This document shows positions 60,540 to 64,000 of a DNA stretch of 64,000 nucleotides, one piece after another (the stretch's first letter is position 1; every line of letters begins with the position of its first letter). The position numbers were made by a program, and so were the translations under genes. The stretch is from Zancudomyces culisetae HAW-14-8 (lineage: Eukaryota; Fungi; Kickxellomycota). The stretch lies in NCBI GenBank assembly GCA_052426225.1, contig JBNJNM010000006.1, forward strand, positions 186,001 through 250,000. Reading direction: 5' to 3'. The notes under the pieces are model-generated. The model saw only the letters and a program-made list of their open reading frames with translations. It ran no database searches and was not told the DNA's origin.

Positions 60540-62261
60540 ATGGTAGGCATGAAAGGTACCGGACTTCGAGCATTTAGAGCAGGAGCAAGACGAGTATACT
60601 CCACACACAAAGAATTGGCGTTTGGCGTTGAGGGAAGAGCCAAGCTGCTAAAGGGAGTAGAAACACTTTCAAAGGCAGTAGCCGTCACTTTGGGTCCTAA
60701 GGGACGTAATGTATTGATTGAGCAACCATTTGGAAGTCCAAAGATCACCAAGGACGGAGTAACAGTTGCAAAGAGCATTACCTTGGAGGACAAGCTAGAA
60801 AATCTGGGAGCCAGATTGATCCAAGATGTTGCAAACAAAGCCAATGAGGAAGCTGGAGATGGAACCACCACAGCAACAGTTTTGGCACGAGCGATTTTTT
60901 CAGAGGGAGTCAAGAACGTTGCAGCAGGATGCAACCCACAAGACTTGAGACGTGGAGTCCAGATGGCAGTGGACAAGGTCGTGGAATACTTGAAGGAAAA
61001 AGCACGCCCAGTGACCACAAGCGAAGAGGTCGCCCAAGTAGGTACAATTTCTGCCAACGGAGACCGGGAGATCGGAGATATGATTGCAAGAGCAATGGAA
61101 AAGGTAGGCAAAGAGGGAGCAATCACAGTGAAGGAGGGAAAGACAACCAAGGACGAGTTGGAAATCACCAAAGGTATGAGATTTGACCGCGGATACATCT
61201 CACCATACTTTATCACCGACGCCAAGACCCAAAAGGTTGAGTTCGAGAACCCATTGATTCTGTTGAGCGAGCGCAAAATCTCCAGTGTACAAGACGTCCT
61301 GCCATCCCTGGAAATTTCAGCAACCCAGCGCAGACCATTGCTGATTATTGCTGAGGATATTGATGGTGAAGCATTGGCTGCCTGTATCCTCAACAAGCTC
61401 CGCGGTCAGCTGCAAGTTGCAGCAGTCAAAGCCCCAGGCTTCGGAGATAACCGCAAGTCAATTCTTGGCGACTTGGGTATTTTGACAGGTGCCACTGTGT
61501 TCAAAGAAGAATTTGAGGTGAGCATTGACAAGGCCACTGCTGAACACTTGGGTTCTGCTGGTTCCATTACCCTCACCAAGGAGGATACATTCATCCTCAA
61601 CGGTAGTGGCGAGAAGGAGCTTATTGATCAAAGAAGCGAGCAGATCCGCAGCTCAATCAAGGACAGTTCCATCAGCGACTACGAAAAGGAAAAACTCCAA
61701 GAACGTCTGGCCAAGTTGTCCGGTGGTGTAGCCGTTATCCGTGTTGGAGGTGTATCCGAAGTCGAAGTAGGTGAGAAGAAGGATCGTTTTGTAGACGCAC
61801 TCAACGCCACCCGTGCTGCTGTTGAGGAAGGTATTCTTCCAGGTGGTGGTGCTGCTCTCCTCAAGGCCTCCGTCATCCTGCGCAGCATGACTGGTGCAAA
61901 CTTTGACCAAAACTTGGGTATCAAGATCGTTGCTGATGCCATTTCCCGCCCAGCAAGAACCATTGCTGACAACGCTGGAATCGAAGGTGCCGTTGTTGTA
62001 GGAAACGTTCTTGCCCACGATATCAACGACTTCAACTATGGTTATGACGCTGCAACCAACCAATACACCGATCTCATGAAGGCCGGTATTTTGGATCCTC
62101 TCAAGGTAGTCCGCACTGCTTTGTTGGATGCCGCTGGTGTTTCTTCTCTGCTAACCACCACCGAATGTATTATTGCTGATGCTCCTGACAAGAACCCTTC
62201 TCCTATGGCTCCAGGAATGGGCGGTATGGGTGGTATGGGCGGAATGGGAGGAATGATGTAA
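60540..62261 (+). CDS. HSP60: Mitochondrial chaperonin Hsp60
   Basis: [55 protein letters not shown] and [10 protein letters not shown] motifs, plus a GGM tail. Confidence 0.99.
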   Translation: MVGMKGTGLRAFRAGARRVYSTHKELAFGVEGRAKLLKGVETLSKAVAVTLGPKGRNVLIEQPFGSPKITKDGVTVAKSITLEDKLENLGARLIQDVANKANEEAGDGTTTATVLARAIFSEGVKNVAAGCNPQDLRRGVQMAVDKVVEYLKEKARPVTTSEEVAQVGTISANGDREIGDMIARAMEKVGKEGAITVKEGKTTKDELEITKGMRFDRGYISPYFITDAKTQKVEFENPLILLSERKISSVQDVLPSLEISATQRRPLLIIAEDIDGEALAACILNKLRGQLQVAAVKAPGFGDNRKSILGDLGILTGATVFKEEFEVSIDKATAEHLGSAGSITLTKEDTFILNGSGEKELIDQRSEQIRSSIKDSSISDYEKEKLQERLAKLSGGVAVIRVGGVSEVEVGEKKDRFVDALNATRAAVEEGILPGGGAALLKASVILRSMTGANFDQNLGIKIVADAISRPARTIADNAGIEGAVVVGNVLAHDINDFNYGYDAATNQYTDLMKAGILDPLKVVRTALLDAAGVSSLLTTTECIIADAPDKNPSPMAPGMGGMGGMGGMGGMM

Positions 62262-62725
62262 ATTCTCTCTAGCCAATAGTTTTTTTGTCTTTTTTTGTGT
62301 CTATTTCAGCTAATAAATAATTTTCTGACCTTTTCTCTATTTTTTATATATTATTTTTATCAATTTTCCTTTTTGAATCTCACTCCCAATTTCCCCCCTT
62401 TTCCCCTTCCATCCAAATTTTTTTTTTCTGGCTTTGATTATTTATTTATTTATTTATTTTTTTTTGTCCAGCTCCAGTATAGTCGAGATATTATATTTCG
62501 TTAGTAACCAGAAATTAAAAACCACCAAATACAAATTTTTACATTTTTATTTTTATCCATTTGTGTTTAACTATCAAATTCCAAAATCACTAAATCCTAA
62601 AGATTTATAACCTACAAGTTCAAACACTAGGAACTACACTGTGATTGTTTTATCTGCGCTAAACCGCACGGCTACTACTATCCCAATACTTTTAGACGAA
62701 AAAGACAATCGACAAAACACAAATC

Positions 62726-63425
62726 ATGTTGGCAAAATACGATTTTGAAAACGATCCTGATTTTAAGGAACCTGGTAGGCATTTACACTTTTCATGTCTA
62801 CTTTTGCATATATTTTAGTTATTTACCTGCATACATGTTGTATAAATTTGGTGGCATAACAGTTCACCTCATAATTTCCAGAATTCAGTTTATACTCGCT
62901 TATCATTTACACTCTAGATAAAAGGCGAAGCAGACTAACAGATTGACATTTAAAAATTATCAACAAAATAGAAATGAAGGTTACTAGAGAGGAAATGAAA
63001 CAAGCCAGACTCCCATTGGCGTATCGTGACTATTGCGCACATCTGCTAATCCCTCTAAACAGATGCCGCATCAAGAATCATTACCTACCTTGGAAATGCG
63101 ACGAAGAGCGTCATGCTCACGAGAAGTGTGAATATGAAGAGTAAGTATTGTTTTATCTTCCTCAAACTTCCTCTCTCTCTCTCTCTCCCACCTTCTTTTT
63201 CACTATTTTTTCTATTTATATATCATTTATCCACCTTTCCTTTTTCTTTCCTATCAATTAACCAAAGACACAATTTTTGAAACTATGATTTCGGATTTGA
63301 ATAATCATTTATTTATATGAATCTTGTCAACTTTAACCAAAATTTGGTAATTTTCTCTAAATAGCTTCTTGAGGAGAAGCAGAATCCTCTCAAAACTCAA
63401 AGAACAAGCCTCATCCGAGAAATAG
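62726..63425 (+). CDS. NDUFB7: Complex I accessory subunit B18/NDUFB7; exons 62726-62774, 62972-63140, 63365-63425
   Basis: Spliced product MLAKYDFENDPDFKEP|EMKVTREEMKQARLPLAYRDYCAHLLIPLNRCRIKNHYLPWKCDEERHAHEKCEYE|DFLRRSRILSKLKEQASSEK (twin CX9C). Confidence 0.94.
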
Positions 63426-63594
63426 CCATCTCTTCATTCGTTTGTTTGTTTGTTTGTTTTTTACATTTCCATCTTTTAACAAGTATTAATCAATAATAAA
63501 CTAAAATGCCATACTATTAGCCTTAGAAAACCACATTTCAAAAATCTAAACCACATATTATTACCAACAATCATCACACAAGCACAACCGGTTA

Positions 63595-63899
63595 TTAATA
63601 ACCACTGTTAAGCACACCCATGACATCCTGTAACACCAACTCATTACTACAGCTAATGTTAATCTGTTGTTGTTCGTGTTTACTCCTCTGTGCGTCGTTT
63701 AACACCCCAACCGTTATATTTACAGTTCCCAATATGTTATCCAAAACAATATTTTTCTGCGGGTTAATCCCATCGGCAAAACTGCGGTCAGCACTTTGCA
63801 AAAGAGTAGAAGATGGAGTATCGATTATTTTGTAGTCTAACTCTTCCATTTCACTAACAAGTTCTTCTACTGTCTTGCTTTTACCCCCTTTACGGCCAT
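63595..63899 (-). CDS. Last exon of an unidentified gene continuing beyond the window
   Basis: Open frame of about 100 codons after an AATAG acceptor near 63900, with a TACTAAG branch-like site upstream. Ends TAA at 63595, tail-to-tail with NDUFB7. Confidence 0.55.
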
Positions 63900-64000
63900 C
63901 TATTTTCTCCCAAATTTTTTTTTTGTTTTTTGCTTAGTACACTCATATCCAAGTACAACCTTTTGACTTGATAATTTGTTATAAAAAAAAACATCCCATT

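Noticed and set aside
60443-62063. Antisense ORFs (317 aa and others) over HSP60; similar ones over HIBADH and MSH1
   Set aside because: Typical shadow ORFs of conserved, codon-biased genes.

Overview
AT-rich, intron-containing eukaryotic (fungal) DNA. The gene set and style suggest an early-diverging fungus, plausibly a Harpellales/Kickxellomycotina insect-gut fungus; this is inference, not proven. Bases 1-5.05 kb are a nest of two degenerate LTR retrotransposons. The 3' end of a chromodomain Ty3/gypsy element (+) is inserted into the gag of a second, minus-strand element whose 5' LTR carries heat-shock-element arrays, an 18-nt tRNA primer-binding site and many hairpins. Next come a 1190-aa secreted multi-repeat (mucin/adhesin-like) protein, a 5'-truncated LINE and an HSE-driven small heat-shock gene. 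A dense block of housekeeping genes follows: FOL1, S9A oligopeptidase, NOP10, a SIVA-like Cys-rich protein, HOM2, RPN14/PAAF1, EFM4, SGD1/NOM1, HIBADH, RTF2, GLO3, mitochondrial AAT, a DHA2 MFS pump, a CBM19-like GPI protein, MSH1, a head-to-head HSP10/HSP60 pair and NDUFB7. Several spliced genes (NOP10, SIVA-like, HSP10, NDUFB7) are largely invisible in the ORF track and were assembled by hand. Two intergenic islands (about 28.3-28.6 kb and 42.0-42.6 kb) look like unannotated structured RNAs.
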